Shown piece after piece: positions 1 to 15,726 of a DNA stretch of 64,000 nucleotides. The notes under the pieces were generated by a model. That model made no database searches. It was not told where the DNA came from and saw only the letters and a program-made list of their open reading frames with translations. The translations under genes and the position numbers were made by a program. Position 1 is the stretch's first letter; every line of letters begins with the position of its first letter. Source of the stretch: Chrysomallon squamiferum (lineage: Eukaryota; Animalia; Mollusca); assembly GCA_012295275.1 (NCBI GenBank), contig CM022679.1:21638001-21702000 (forward strand), read 5' to 3'.

Positions 1-221
1 CATCCATTCATCCCTCCGTACATATATAATATATATGTGTACACACACATAGACAAACATATAAATTCACATAGACAAACACACAAAAAAAACCACAGAC
101 TCATACACACATATAAACTTACATACATAAACATCACACACAGACACGTACACGTGTATTTGAAATATGATGAGATACATTTTAATTTTTAATCAGTCTT
201 ATTGTAGCAGGTTATTCTCAC

Positions 222-359
222 CTGCCATTAGATGCAGTAAAGCAGTGAGCCTCTTTATGATGTAGCGTGGACGTCGTAACGTGTAGAAAGCAAACGCGTG
301 GCCCAGGCTGATGACGATGATGGCGATGATAGTGAAAGCTATGGCTGTCCTTGTGTAAT
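222..359 (-). CDS. Gene B (PMP22/claudin-superfamily tetraspan protein) coding exon 3, TM2-loop-TM3; the gene continues below position 1
   Basis: Minus strand reads cctcttttcag|AT TAC ACA...ATG GCA G|gtgaga, 138 nt, phase 1-1, open. It encodes (D)YTRTAIAFTIIAIIVISLGHAFAFYTLRRPRYIIKRLTALLHLMA: two hydrophobic helices with a basic loop. Joins exon 2 in frame. Confidence 0.9.
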
Positions 360-569
360 CTGAAAAGAGGATAAATAATTAATATGTGCGTTTATTTGCA
401 TTCCTCCTTAACTCAGACAGTCAGGTATACTGTTGTGTTGAAACTTTATATAAACTGAAAACAAACTACAACAACAATGACAATGACAACAGCAACAACA
501 ACACAACAACAACAAATAATTAAAAATTAATATAATAAAATAAAATCCAAATAAATAATAAATAAATAA

Positions 570-620
<51 letters not shown>

Positions 621-1404
621 ACAAAATAAAATAAAATAAAGCCAACGCGCATCAAAAAAGAAGAAAAAAAAAAAAAAAAAAAGAAAAGAAACCGAAAAAA
701 AAAAAGGCCATTTTCAGCAATTAAAAAGACAAAACACCCGGAAACCCACATTAAATAAACAATAAAAATTAAATCACCAGTTTATTTGGGACACACCAAC
801 GAATATCGGTTTCTAATATAAAACATCTGCTAGCAACAAATTCATTTAATTACCTTGTACTCATCTACCCTCTGTCAAAATGAACTCTCATTTTTAATGA
901 CTTTATTTTTTTAAATTTCTTTCTTTCTGTTTTTAAATTTTTAATTTTAATGTTTTGCTGTCTTGGACAGAGGAAGGTTTTGGCCGAGCGTTCTGCCGCC
1001 AGTACCGTATTCTACTCGTTACAACATGTGGAGTCATTTAGCTGACAATGGAAGAAGCGTTTAGAAATAAACTGCTCGCGATTCCTGGCCAATAATCGCT
1101 AATTTCCTCCATTAGAAGAACAGTTGGACCGGTAATGCAGCAGAACAAGCATCTCAGGTGGGTAAGTGGTTAATAACACGAAGTGGTCGAGTCATCTTCT
1201 CGTGCTAACCCGTGTAAATAGCCTGTCTCCACTGGAGCAATTCAGAATCTGTTGTGGTTTTTTTTTCTTTTTTCTGTTCGCTTGATCGTCTCCCGCACTG
1301 CAGGTACAAGTGGGAAGGGGGAACTGGAATGCACTTCTTAATGTTTTGCTTAGCCAATTAATAATCCTCAAAGAACCGTAAACATATTATATGATGTGTA
1401 GATA

Positions 1405-1571
1405 CAGTGAAACCTGTGTTAATGGGAGAATCGCTCCGTTGACTTTGTTATTCGGTTGATTAAATTATAAATCACTTCGTGCTGTAGTAAATTAGATGGG
1501 AAAAGTTAAAATGTAATATATTAATGTTAGTGACTGTACTATACAAATGGCTGGTTAAGCAGGTTTCACTG
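1405..1571. mobile_element. MITE, Tc1/mariner superfamily (pogo/Tigger-like termini), 167 bp
   Basis: Perfect 12-bp terminal inverted repeats CAGTGAAACCTG (1405-1416) and CAGGTTTCACTG (1560-1571), with TTAA just inside both ends. TA lies on both sides (1403-1404, 1572-1573), as expected for a Tc1/mariner target-site duplication. Interior is non-coding. Confidence 0.85.
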
Positions 1572-3624
1572 TATTTTATGTACAGCTACAGCTATACATG
1601 TTTTCACAGTGTTTGTTAATTTATGAGCGTTACGTTTTTTTATTTGTTTTTTAATCTTGTCTTATGACGTTTAAGTATATTTATGTCTTGCGATGACCTT
1701 AATGCGTTTATAATTATAACTTACCGATATGTGTACTACAGCGCTTAATTTAAGATAATACAGTCAGATAGTCAGAGAGAGAGAGAGAGAGAGAGGCATT
1801 GCAAAATACATCAGTTTTACGACAAGCCTTGGGGTTAAAGGTATAGCCCAGTGTTCTGATATCTGATAACGTTCTGATAACGAGTAAAATCCTAAACAGT
1901 AAATTAAAAGTTGAAGATACACTGGGGAATGACTAGGCATAGTCAGAGATCGATCTAATCGGAATATAACCAAAATTAATAGATTTTAACGTGTTATTAT
2001 TTCCTACTAGCATCAATAATGTGGCCCCAGTGAATTCTATCACACATATTCCTAATGCATAAAGCAGTGGAAATAACGTTTTGTTGCCATGAAATATTCT
2101 AGATAGGTTACGACCTTATCGAACAAATACCAAATGGTATGCAATAACAACGTTAACATATGAATTATACATTGGTGATTGATGATATCAAACAACAATA
2201 TTATTATTTATGTTAAATAAATAAGATTAAATAACACAAACAATCCAAAACTAGGCTCGAGCCCTGTGCCGTCTATTTTAGCTCAGCAAAAATTATTTGT
2301 TAGCTATTTTAAAGAATTTGCGAAGATAAAATATGATATGTTATTAATTGGTGTTTTCTTTTCCTCTCTTTGTTTTTTTTTCAATGCCAACTTTCTATAC
2401 AAGAAATCCAAGAGAAAAATCAATGTCTTAACAGTAATTCAGTTTTCAAAAAATCTTTTCAAGTCTTTTGTGAACATAATTAAAACAATAATTTAATACT
2501 GGTGAACACGAACGGCTACTGTTGGCCTACAAGCCAGGGTGGTAGGTACCATGAAGTCTATTTATCGTCAGTCTTTTAAAGGCAGTCATTAACAATTGAA
2601 AAGTAGTCCTTTTGGGAGGAGGCGATGCCGCGAGATCGATCCCCATTCAAGCGTTTTTCTTGGGTATCAGTTACTGTAGTCAGCGCTATAAACTTTGTAG
2701 GAATATACGTGTAAATAACGTGGTGATGGTAATCGTTATAGTGGAAGCTGGTTACTGCAAATTCTTTGCTTAAAGCGCAGGTTTGGGATCTCATGAAAAG
2801 CGGATCAGTTTTCGTTATGACACTTTTATGTTCAGTGGTTTGTATCATATTCCAGTAAATAACTAATATTAAAAACAACGAAACACACCAGTGCTGTTGT
2901 TTGAAAAGTGCACATACATGTTTAATTGAAAGTGTGTAAAATAAAACACCACTGAAACGATAACTGGATTTTACTTTCACTATAATGAATAAATTAATCA
3001 ATTAAAATAAAATAAAATAAATAATGACAAAATAAAAATAAATAAATAATATTTATGAAGAACTGAGGAGTGACAAGTCAATGATTAATCCTTCTTAAAA
3101 CATCCATTAAGCGAGTTCCTGGTAATTAATCATCATGGTATGTGCTGCGTGCTTATGGGGAGATCATATAAAAAATACTTTATTGCAAACTAGATGCAAA
3201 TCCATAACCGTGTGTGTATGACTGTGTAGATAGATAGAAAGAAACAAAGAGATATATATATATAGGTATGACTTTGCATACAAAACAGGAAATGCTCTGC
3301 GTCTCTTTTTGTTATCTCCCCATAAACAGGACATCACAAACCATTATATATATATACAAACGCACACACACACATATATACATACACATACACACACATA
3401 TACACAAACATATATACATATACATACATATACATACATACATATATGTGTGTGTGTGTGTCTATATATATATATAAATGTGTATTCATAACTGGTAGAA
3501 TAACAATGCGTTGAGAACATGCTTTACTTCAGATGAAGCGAGGTTTATAGGTATACCGGATTTGTTTCACCTAAAGTTTCTAAAATAACAAGGTTTTTTT
3601 TCTTCTTTTGTTAAGACAGCCGAT

Positions 3625-3669
<45 letters not shown>

Positions 3670-3873
3670 TGGCTTACGGGTCAAAGTAAAAATCTTAAAA
3701 CAGTATTCAACCAACAGACTCTAACGTTATCAGTCCTTGAAACTCCCTGATAAAATACCTAAGAGTTATGTCTGGAAATAAATGCTATTCATTATATTTA
3801 TAATTTCTTTCAAAAGCTGTTTAGAAGTTTAAAAGAAAACAAGAAAAGTAAGTGAAAGATTTCTTGAAGATCT

Positions 3874-3904
<31 letters not shown>

Positions 3905-4355
3905 TTTCTGTTTCTCTAATGGAGAAAGTGTTTTATCGTTAAACTACACACATTAATGTTTTGACGATAAATACAGTCATTTCTTTAAAACAAAAATAGA
4001 AGGTATACCACATCTTCACCATAAAGAAACCTCTCCATAATCTGAGTCGTACGCTAAATGAAAATGACTGGAATTATTTCCTAAATTAAACCTGTACTTC
4101 TATAACAGCTACATTATCTGAATAAGGAACTTAGCTGACTTACCAGTCTTAATCGTGATGACAAAACGATTGTGTCTAATCAAAGTTTCATCTGTAAATA
4201 TCTATCTATCTTGGGCGTTATTAATCATAATTCGTAAATATATTGGTCGACTTCATACAGAAGATTTATAGATTTTTCTCTGTTATTTATTATTATTATT
4301 ATTTTTTGTTTTATCTCTTATAATGTTCATCATAATTAACCAAGTGAAGTAACAA

Positions 4356-4387
<32 letters not shown>

Positions 4388-4623
4388 TACGTTGAGTTAA
4401 TAAAATAATTTCGGTCGTTAGTGTGTTGGTTGTGTATAATCTTCAGTTATTTTAATCGTATCAAAGATAATTGTAATTATAAAACAAATATTTACCTTCG
4501 ATGGACTGAGTTAAAAAGAAGAAGAAGAAGAAGAAGAAGAAGAAGAAGAAGAAGAAGAAAGAATCTGGATGACTGTTTTGTGACATTTAATATTTTATAG
4601 CGCGCACATGAATATCTACAAAC

Positions 4624-4713
4624 CTAGATTCCCCATGTAATGGCTGTCATTTCGGTTTCCAATCCTCATCTCTTCCTCGGTTGGAAACAAGTTGTGAGAG
4701 TCGCAGAATTCAG
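4624..4713 (-). CDS. Gene B coding exon 2 (second half of extracellular loop 1)
   Basis: tctttgtttttctgcag|CT GAA TTC TGC...AAT CTA G|gtttgt, 90 nt, phase 1-1. Encodes (A)EFCDSHNLFPTEEEMRIGNRNDSHYMGNL. It supplies the second Cys of the claudin W-GLW-C-C signature and bridges exons 1 and 3 in frame. The donor GTTTGT is weak. Confidence 0.85.
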
Positions 4714-5308
4714 CTGCAGAAAAACAAAGAAAAGAAAGATGAAAGAGATTTGTAATCAGTTTAAGTCTGATTGTATATTCTGTTCAACAAGATGATTATA
4801 ATACTGACAACAACAACATCAATAATAATGATGATGATGATGATGATAGATTATGATGATGGTGATAATCATAATAATAATAGTAATAACGATGATGAAG
4901 ATGATGAAGATGAATTATGTTAATAATAATATAACGATGATGATGATGATAACGCAGATGATAATAATAGTAGAAGTAGTAATGATAATAACAAAAATAA
5001 TAGTTGTGTAATCTAATACTATATATAGTAGCAGCTGCAACGAAACGAAAACGACAATAACAACATCCACTAATCGAGTGTAATGTGTTTTAGATCACGA
5101 AGGCATCATCAATGTTAATGAACTGAACGCCTGTTCTGCATAAGTTACGATGTCTTTAGTAAAACCTTCCTAATTAAAACACACGTTTAGTTTCTGTTAT
5201 CTCTCTCCCAACACATAAACAAGAGATACATGTTTTATTAAGGCTTCATTTTGACTGTGTATCTATCCAGGTACATACAAAATTACACTTTTATGAATGA
5301 TGATGATA

Positions 5309-5340
<32 letters not shown>

Positions 5341-5546
5341 AATAATAATAATAGTAATAACAATAATAATAACCGGTAACAACAACAACAATATCAACAA
5401 CAAGTTTTCATTTTGATTGTTTGTCCATTTAGGTATGCAGAAACATACAATAGTATAAATAATAATGATGATGATGATGATGGTGATGATAATATTTATA
5501 ATAATAATTATTAATATAACAAAAATAACAACAGTAGCAAGAACAC

Positions 5547-5598
<52 letters not shown>

Positions 5599-6394
5599 GT
5601 AATAGTAGTAGTGGTAGTAGCAGTAACAACAACAACAACAATAATAATAATAATCAGAAGGTGCTAGCAGAATTCGCCGTGCACAGCTGTGTTAAACTAT
5701 AACATTTCATGGTATTCCATAGACTTTAACGCTGTCAGGAATATCACTCACAGATTCATTTCTAGCATTGCTTCTCGTATGTTGTACGTGTCCAAAGATC
5801 ACGAAGATAGATACACTGCACACACCTCGGATCAGATCCTACAGATCAAAGCATGAAACGTTAACAGTCAGCCAGAGAGAGAGAACGAGTCGGTATGCAG
5901 AAATACAAGATCGTTCCGACAGTAATATGGATGAAAAAAAACCAAACAAACAAACAAACCCAAGCCATCATTAATCTTTCCTTGCTTTATCTTTTAATTG
6001 AAGGTTTGATACTCCCCATTTAAAACAAATAAACGAAGACGCCCTGAATGCCGCATTCAGCGTCGTTCCAGGGAGGTTGAAATTAAACATTAAACAGGGA
6101 AACCAAATTTGTATATAAACGACCCGTTCTGGCTGGAATGGTGATGTGTTGCTACAAACGAACGATGGCGCCTAGTTCTACGCTTCGCCGCAAAGAAACC
6201 GAGAAACGCGTATAAACAATCCGGAAGCGTTTTCGACGTTTTCTTGTAAGAGACATTAGATGCCGTTGAGTTCCAGATATTTTATCATTTTGCTTTGATC
6301 TCTCCGTTTTAAATAAAAAATGTTAGTATAAATGACACATGATAAATATATATATTTACAGTTTAATATTTTGTATTTATATTTGTTTAATTGA

Positions 6395-6438
<44 letters not shown>

Positions 6439-9400
6439 AAATAGATAAATAATAATAATTAAAAAATATAAATAAATAAATAAATAAAATATATTTAAAT
6501 AAAAATAATAATATATAATTCTACAAATACATTTTAGATTTTAAAATGATTTAGTATTAACAGTTGTTAACGTTACTTTGAGGGTAACTAATACTAAATT
6601 CTCTTCTGTTATGAAATAATGTAATATATACCATAATTTCTTGATTTAATATGAAAATAACAACAACAACAACAACAACAAGTGAAGAAATCAGCCAAAA
6701 ACAAAACACTAGCATCCACAAAAAAACCCTCAAGTAATCAAGAAAAAGTCAGCAGAAACCTTTAGTAAAAGAGTTCAAAACAAATAAACAAAAGAGTAAT
6801 AATAATAATAATAAAAATAATGATAATAATAATAACAGCGACAATAATAATATATATAAAAACACAACAACAAAGAAACCAAAAAGAACAAACGATAAAA
6901 CAAACATACGAAAAAATAACCAATAACAAAAACATGAACCAATAACAGTAACAACAACAACAACAAAAAAATAAAAAAAAAAATAAAAAAAAAATAGAGC
7001 TAAAAACGAAGACAAAAGAAACAACACACAAAGCCTTTCTAAAAAATAAAAAAAAATAAACAGAAAAAACACCCACACTCAAATCAGTTCTTTCTGACTC
7101 CATCTCTGTATTATTTTTCTGCTTCAGTAATATCTCTCTCTTTCTCTCTTTCTCTCATTCTATCTGCCAGGAGCAATCCCTTTTATATCTCGTCACTTAA
7201 AAGGATCTCTCGAGTTACACTCTTCCAGACCTCATTTCACAGCGTTTTAACAGGATTCTTTCACAGAAACTGTGTGGGTCTTCAGGATGTTATTGTAACG
7301 GGAGATATTAAACAATAACGTAGAACGCCTGGATTTGGAGTCATAACAAAAATAAAACAGTAAAAGTTCTCGCGTGATGGTGAATTATCCAAATGATTTT
7401 CAGGCAGCTTAGAATATATTGAAACTGGATATAGATAAAAAAAAAAAAAAAAAAAAAAATGTCTTTAAGTTGGGATGGTTAATTTTGTAATAAGAAGTAT
7501 ACGGTTTTTATAAAAGAAAAAACTAAAATACTACTACTAATAATAAAAAAATATATATTGTTCACAGAATACGGGAAAGAAAAGTGACAGCTGACTGAGT
7601 CAGAAAAAGAAAAAGAAAACAATTCTGACAACTAAGATGATTTTCTTTGCAGAAGGAGAATGTAGCTTTCCGTCTTCACTTTGATGTGTCAGGGCTTAAA
7701 CTACTAGGCTTCGTGGAAATACGAGTGTTAACTTATTGGCCAGGTCAAGAAAAGAAAACAAGACAAGTGGATTAACAGAGATTTGTGTTCTGTGCAGCTA
7801 GGAAGCTATCCGTAGCCAAGCATCTGGTGCATAGCTAGTCAAATCTGTACGGACGACAATAAATACCAATATTTCTTACAGGTATTGTTACTGCCGCTGT
7901 TGCTACCATAACGAGTAACAGAACAGAGAACAAAATTAAAAATAAGAACACAAAACAACAAAACACAAACTCAGCAAAAACAACAACGACATCAGTAATA
8001 ATAATAATGATGATGATGATGAAAAGCCATAACTAAGCAAGAAAAAAAATCTCTACTCGTAAAAAAGAAGAAAAGAAAAAAAAAAAAGAAGCTTAAACAT
8101 CCAACAGAATGCAAATATTTACTTATTAAACTGCCTTGTAAGCGCGTACATCTGCCAGATAAAAAGACATGTTTTCTAAGAGTACAGTAAACATGGAAAA
8201 ACGGACAGAAAAGAGAAAGGAAGAGCGATGGAAAGAAGGCAAAAACCAGGAGGGACTCGAGACACGGAGCGTATTTTTCCTACAACATTAAAAACATCTG
8301 CAGAAGTGGGAAATACTGAATAGTGTAAACTTTGTGGGAATTCCAGAATTACTCATCTGAAGCATCATCTTTCTCGCGTGGCACTTTGCCTAACGATCAG
8401 TTTTCTAGATCTCTGTCCTTCAACACAAACAACGTAGCGGTGGCGTTCAACTCATAACATATACCCTAATTCTCTGTCATAAAACTAAACGTATTTATCT
8501 TGTTATATATTTGTGTTTACGTTTGAACGTTTATGCATATGTGTTTGCATGTATGTACTTGTGTGTGTAATATGTTTGTATGCATCTATGCATTTAGTTT
8601 TGTATAGGTGTGAATGTATGGGTGCGTTTATATGTGTGCCTGCGTTAGGTATATATATATATATGCTTATTATTAAAATTCAGGACACCGATATTTTCAC
8701 ACAGGCGACAAAAATAACTTTACACCTGAAAAAATTACGTTCTTCAAAAATAAAATTTATGATTCAGGTAGAAGTTCTGTCCTTAACTTACAAAACAGCG
8801 ATGAAAGTATGGTTTATTATTAATACTTTGTATATCATTTCTGGTTCCATATCAAGATTTTTTTTTTTCTGCTCTTCCTTTATATGTTAATTAAATACAC
8901 ATGTTTCAGTTCGAATTAGCAATATAATTAACCTGAGGAAATTCAACAAACGTGTTTATTTCATCGCTTACAGCTAAAACACTGGGGGTAAAAAAAAAGA
9001 GTCCTGAGTTAAGATTAGGACAAAATGAAAAACAAAATCAGCAGCAGTAATACTTGACAGGTTTTATGAGTTTTATTTGTGAACGGAAATGGAGGGACTG
9101 GATGTTTTTTGCTGTTTACGGATATTGGAAGAAAAATATTGCGGTTCACAGCGAAATTCTCAGTGTGATTTTTCCTGAGTCGGGTCACATTTAGTCAGTG
9201 TTTTGAGCATTGTGGGAAAAACACACACAAAAAAAAAAACAACATTTGAAGCTAGAATCGGAAATGTTGCAAACTAAGTTGAATCGAGTCAAAGTTAATT
9301 AACTGCAATAAACAATACGTGATGAGATAAAAATATATTACTTTTTACTGTGATTAGCTGTGGTGATTCCACTTTCACATTTGTTTTGTCAAAAACAACA

Positions 9401-9656
9401 AAACCAAAAAAAACAAAAAACAAAAACCCATAAAAAACCCATTTCATATAACAGCAACAGTGATAATCTTCATCATCAACCTCAACATCGTCGTCGTCAA
9501 AATACTAATAATATTAGTAGTAGAATAACAGCAGTAGAAACTGCTGCAGTTGTAGTAGTAGCAGCAGCAGTAGTAGTAGCAGCAGTAACAGCAGCAGCAG
9601 TAGTAGCAGCAGCAGCAGTAACAGCAGTAATTATTAACACTATACTTTAACAATTA

Positions 9657-9697
<41 letters not shown>

Positions 9698-9975
9698 AAT
9701 TTCAGGCCTAAAAGCAACGACGAAACATCCTCAGTGATGTGTACATGTACACTACGCTTCCAAGACCAGCTGACGTGTACGACGTCTGAACTGCTCCTGT
9801 GAAGCGCGAAACTGCATTGACAACGTGCTAATGCATGCATCAGAAAAGGATAAGACGGAACATCTGGATGTGGTTTCGGGTTACTCTGCACACAATTAAG
9901 CTCCTACGGCGTCTCCAGTTGAGTCATTATTTGGCTGACTACACCACAGAGACTTTTACACATTAATTATTTTTT

Positions 9976-10138
9976 GGGTTCCTGAACGTCCAGGCGTTTC
10001 AGTCAACACCAAGTTCAAGACGATGTACGATACACATTTTAAATGGCTGGTTACGTAACAGAGATTTTTTTTATATATTTATTATTATTATTTAGGGTTC
10101 CTGAACGTCCAGGCGTTTCAGTCACCAGCAAGTTCAAG
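9976..10138 (+). repeat. 44-bp direct repeat, 2 copies (9976-10019 and 10095-10138)
   Basis: GGGTTCCTGAACGTCCAGGCGTTTCAGTCA(A/C)CA(C/G)CAAGTTCAAG with 2 mismatches. Each copy is preceded by a TTATT-rich run. Confidence 0.85.
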
Positions 10139-10359
10139 GCAAGACGGTATATGACCAAAAAAAAAACTAAATAGATTTGTACACATTTATTATTATTATT
10201 TGGATTTCTAGGATGCTCTAACTTTTCAGTTTGTATACATGAAATTTCACTTCATCAAGTTTTAGAAAGCAATTACATTTTTATTTTCAAAGTTAGCTGT
10301 AATTACTGTTCTGTTTAGCAATGTATACGTAGATATAAATAATGTAAATAATAATAATG

Positions 10360-10415
<56 letters not shown>

Positions 10416-11541
10416 CTATCATCATCATCATTAATATTATTATTATTTTATTTACTAGCTGATTTGTCTTAGCATTAAACGTAATTACTGGAAATTATTT
10501 CTTTTAAAATCCTTGATTATTCAGTTAAAAAGAGCAATAATAACCGAAAATAGAACTCATGAACTTCGATAAACTTGATGCATTTTCCATACGATTAGAT
10601 TCTATAAATAAGTATACAGGTTTTTGTCTTTATGTTTGTCTTCTTTCCAAATTTTAATTAAAAAAAAAATAATAGTAATTCTTTTAAGCAAACTTACATT
10701 AATACCTGTTATAAAAACCAAAAACACGATTAATTTAGAAACAAAATAAAAACGAGACTTATACAAATAATACAAATTATCTTCAAAAGTTTCATTCCAA
10801 ATAAATACTTTTAAGCTATTATTATCATTAATGATTTTCAGAAATATATCCTTAATCGGCTGAAATATTAAATTCTACACATGCGGAAACAAAAGATAGA
10901 CTACTTTACAGTTTTACTGGAGAACTGAATATCCCAGTCAAATCACATTATTTTATTAAATCTTCTTTGGTCCTCTTAATACTATTTTGTTTAGTATAAG
11001 CGGTGTTGTGAACGCTTAAGCCCAGCGAGGTAGCATTTAAAATAATTAAGAAAACAATCTTACAGAAAAAAAAAATCTTTATTCAATGGTATTTAAAAAA
11101 AAAGAAAAAAAATTTAAGATAATTACCGCTCAAGTTAAGATTAAATTTGTTATTAATAACTTTGCTCTTAACAGAACTGCAGTTAATACATATTAAAATG
11201 ACTGATTCGTAAATAAATCGAATTAGGCAAGCTACTTCTCAGAGGTATTAGCTAAATATAAAGATGAACTTTAATCATTTTAATTTGGCTAAAACAAAAT
11301 GTTCAGGTCATGCTTATAGATTTACGGAGGCATTAAAATAAAAGTATTTTGAAAAATGTTTCTTAAAATGTTTTACCAAAAAACTTTATCATTTTTCTTA
11401 AACATGAAGATACAAAAACTTAATTTTCAAGTATTAAAATATGTAAAGAAATAAATAGACACAGACAATTATAATATATTATATAATCACTCATACGTAC
11501 ACACAAACACACCTACACACACCCACACACACACACACACA

Positions 11542-12304
<763 letters not shown>

Positions 12305-12387
12305 GTGGTGCAAGAAAGACTGAAAGATAGATAAACAGAAAGAAACACTGTTTGTGTGTATAAGTATCTATGTATTCATGCATGTAA

Positions 12388-12467
<80 letters not shown>

Positions 12468-13127
12468 ATGTGTGTACGTTTGGGGTATGTGTATGTGTGT
12501 GCGTACTTGTGCGGCATGTGTGTGTGTATGTGTGTGTATATGTACGCTAGTGTGTAAATGTTGATTTGGTGAATGTGACTGGAAGAGAAAACGAACTGCA
12601 GAGACATACTGAGAATATTAATATAAATCGAAGTCGTCTTGAAAGACGAAATGATGTCAGATCGAACTCTTCAGGAGAAATATTATTGATTTTTTCTTTC
12701 TAATTTCAACTCTAGGACGTTTCTCTTTTTTTCTAAAGATGTCAGTTTTTTAATAGAAAGGACAAAAATGTTTGTGCTTATCTCTACATGCGCACATTAG
12801 AAATTCAGAGAGAAAGACAGAAAGACATATATTGCAAAAAAATAATGAACGGTAGGAAAGGAGCGTATATTTCATAATGAAGGCGAGAACGGAAAAAAAG
12901 CATAACCATAAAACCGAGGGACTGATCCAAGGCCACTGAGTTAATCAAACAATAAAATGTATTTGCTCATTAATCAACACATTAACTGAATACATTCATA
13001 TCTGCACTGCGCTTTACAAATTTTCCCGAAAAGTTAAGTTGATATAAAATAAGAAATAGGAGAAAAAAAAAAAAAAAAAAAAAAGAAGAATAAAATCACT
13101 TTCCCTGAAACAACAACAGATAATAAA

Positions 13128-13158
<31 letters not shown>

Positions 13159-13914
13159 GTTTAAACGAATGTATGGACAAGGATAAAAATGAAAAAAAAA
13201 AAAAAAAAAAAAAAACAAGTGAAAAAGAACTCTTTCTACTACATTCAACCGCTTCAGAAATCTGGAATAATTCAGTGAGAGAACATATTCCGAAGAGGAA
13301 AAAGAAAGAAAAAAAAATCAATTTTTCTATAGTACATCTTTGTTTAGGAGAGCAATTTAAAAGATTACAACTAATGTGAAGACGATTAAGACGTGCTTGT
13401 GTTGAAATGGCGCTGATAAGTCTAAGACTAAACAGTGAAATTAGAAAAACACTAACAACACTGTTAATACGAGCTGCTGCCTAGTCTCACTTTGTGTCTA
13501 TGTCCGGACTCTGTTGTAAGCAATAATAAAAAAAAAAAAATAGGCAATATGGAAATGAAAAGAAAGAAACAGGGAATTTTGCAATATTAAGAATGAAATA
13601 AGGAAACTGGAATTATAGGGAAGATGTATGAAATTTTCAAAAATCGGGAAATGAATTAGAGAAACGTCAGAATGGGAGGAAGGTATGGAATTTGCATATA
13701 AAGTGCGTATAAAAGTAGCCTTGCTGTTAATTGATAAAAGGAGTCCTTGCTGTGGACGCAGAGCGTGTTTTCTCTCTCGTGTTTTCAGTGTAGAAAAACC
13801 AGTATTTGATTTCCAGTAACAGGTTAATTTTAAAATATGACGTTACTAAATGCATCACCCAAACTTTTTTTATTACACGATCAGAGATATACACATTCTT
13901 GACGTTTGTGTGTC

Positions 13915-13947
<33 letters not shown>

Positions 13948-15522
13948 ACTTCAAGAACATCAGCTTCAGAACTGCTGAGCATAAAATTGTTTTGCTGGTT
14001 ATTAGTTTGTAACTCAGAATTATGCTTTTTATTAGATTAGAAAGACATGCACTGATGACTCACAGAACTACGTGCTTTCTGGATCGAACAAACTCAATCA
14101 CCGATAACTTATTAATTTTGAACCAGTCGTCCATTAATTAATTATGATGTTAGTACTAGCTCTGTATCAGTTGATTTGATTTTGATTATTATATGAAACA
14201 TGTGCATTCAATCGGAGAAAACAGACAGTGAGAGAAAGAGAGAGGAAGACACACAGATAGACAGATCCTGAGATAGACAGATATTCAGATAAACAAACCA
14301 GTCATATAGTTAGATAAAGCGACAGCAAGGGAAAATAGTGAGAAATTATGGAGAGAGATTTAAGCGTGAGATATACTGACAATAATACAAGCACATAAAT
14401 GAGCATATAGATAAACAGATAAACAGAAAGACAAGACGACAGCCATACAGTCAGAAAGTCAGACAGACAGACAGAAAAACTGAGAGACGGACAGATAAAA
14501 GAGAGAAAGATGAAAACTAAGTAATCCAAAAAAACACCACACAAAACAAAACAAAAAAAGAAGCGCAAAACATTATGACAGTAAGATTATATGGAAAATT
14601 TCTTCAGAAGAAAAACACAAATAAATAAAAATAAATAAAAAATACAATTATCCTGACTTGTTGTTTTTGTACTTCCAAGATTCCCTGCAGTTTTGTGACA
14701 ACGTAACGTTTGCTGTTATGAACATAACAAACAGATACCGGATGCCAGCAGCGAACATTAACATAATAATTACACATTTATCATATTAGTGAAGCAGCAA
14801 ATCTACTGAACCGAATCCAGTCGATAGGGATTTCATGTGTATAAAACTGCGTGAGCTGGCATTTCAGATGACTGCACGTTCGTATGCGCACGTGTTTTAA
14901 TGAATGTTCTCAGGCAGGTGGTTTTAGCGTACAGTTATTATGTGTGCGTATACAAGTTTATGAACGTACGTGCATATTTATGCATTTACAAGTAGAGAAA
15001 TGTTTATGAGAATGTGTACTACGTACTTCATGCACTCCTTCTGGCTTACAACATATGGCTGATCTTTACGATTTCTCGGAACTAATAACGCCAATATGAT
15101 GCATGTAATTTTGTAATATTTCACTATCAAATGGCAAAGGCTGCATAAAGTCAAAACAACAATGCAACACTCATCAGTTAAAATTGGTTAATGCCCCGTC
15201 GACATAATATTTATGTCAAAATAATGCAAGTTTGATGTCAACATTGCGCTGTGTTATATTTAGCTACGTGTTTCTGCAAGCATGCCAGCAAGGTTTGGCT
15301 TAACATTCCCTCTTTTTTTTTTTTTTTTTTTTTCATGGAACAAACTGTATATAAAGTGTCGTTAATGATTAAGCTCAAACAGAGGAAAATGAATGTGTGC
15401 GTGTGTGTGCGTGTGTGTTTGTGAGTGTGTGAGTGTGTGTTAATGTTTTGAGTGCGTGTGAAAGAGAAAGAAAAGAGAGAGAGCGAGACAAAGAAAGAGA
15501 GAGAGACAAAGAGAGAGAGAAT

Positions 15523-15726
<204 letters not shown>

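Noticed and set aside
2576-3001. 141-aa minus-strand ORF in gene B intron 2
   Set aside because: No recognisable domain, and gene B exons 2 and 3 already join in frame without it.
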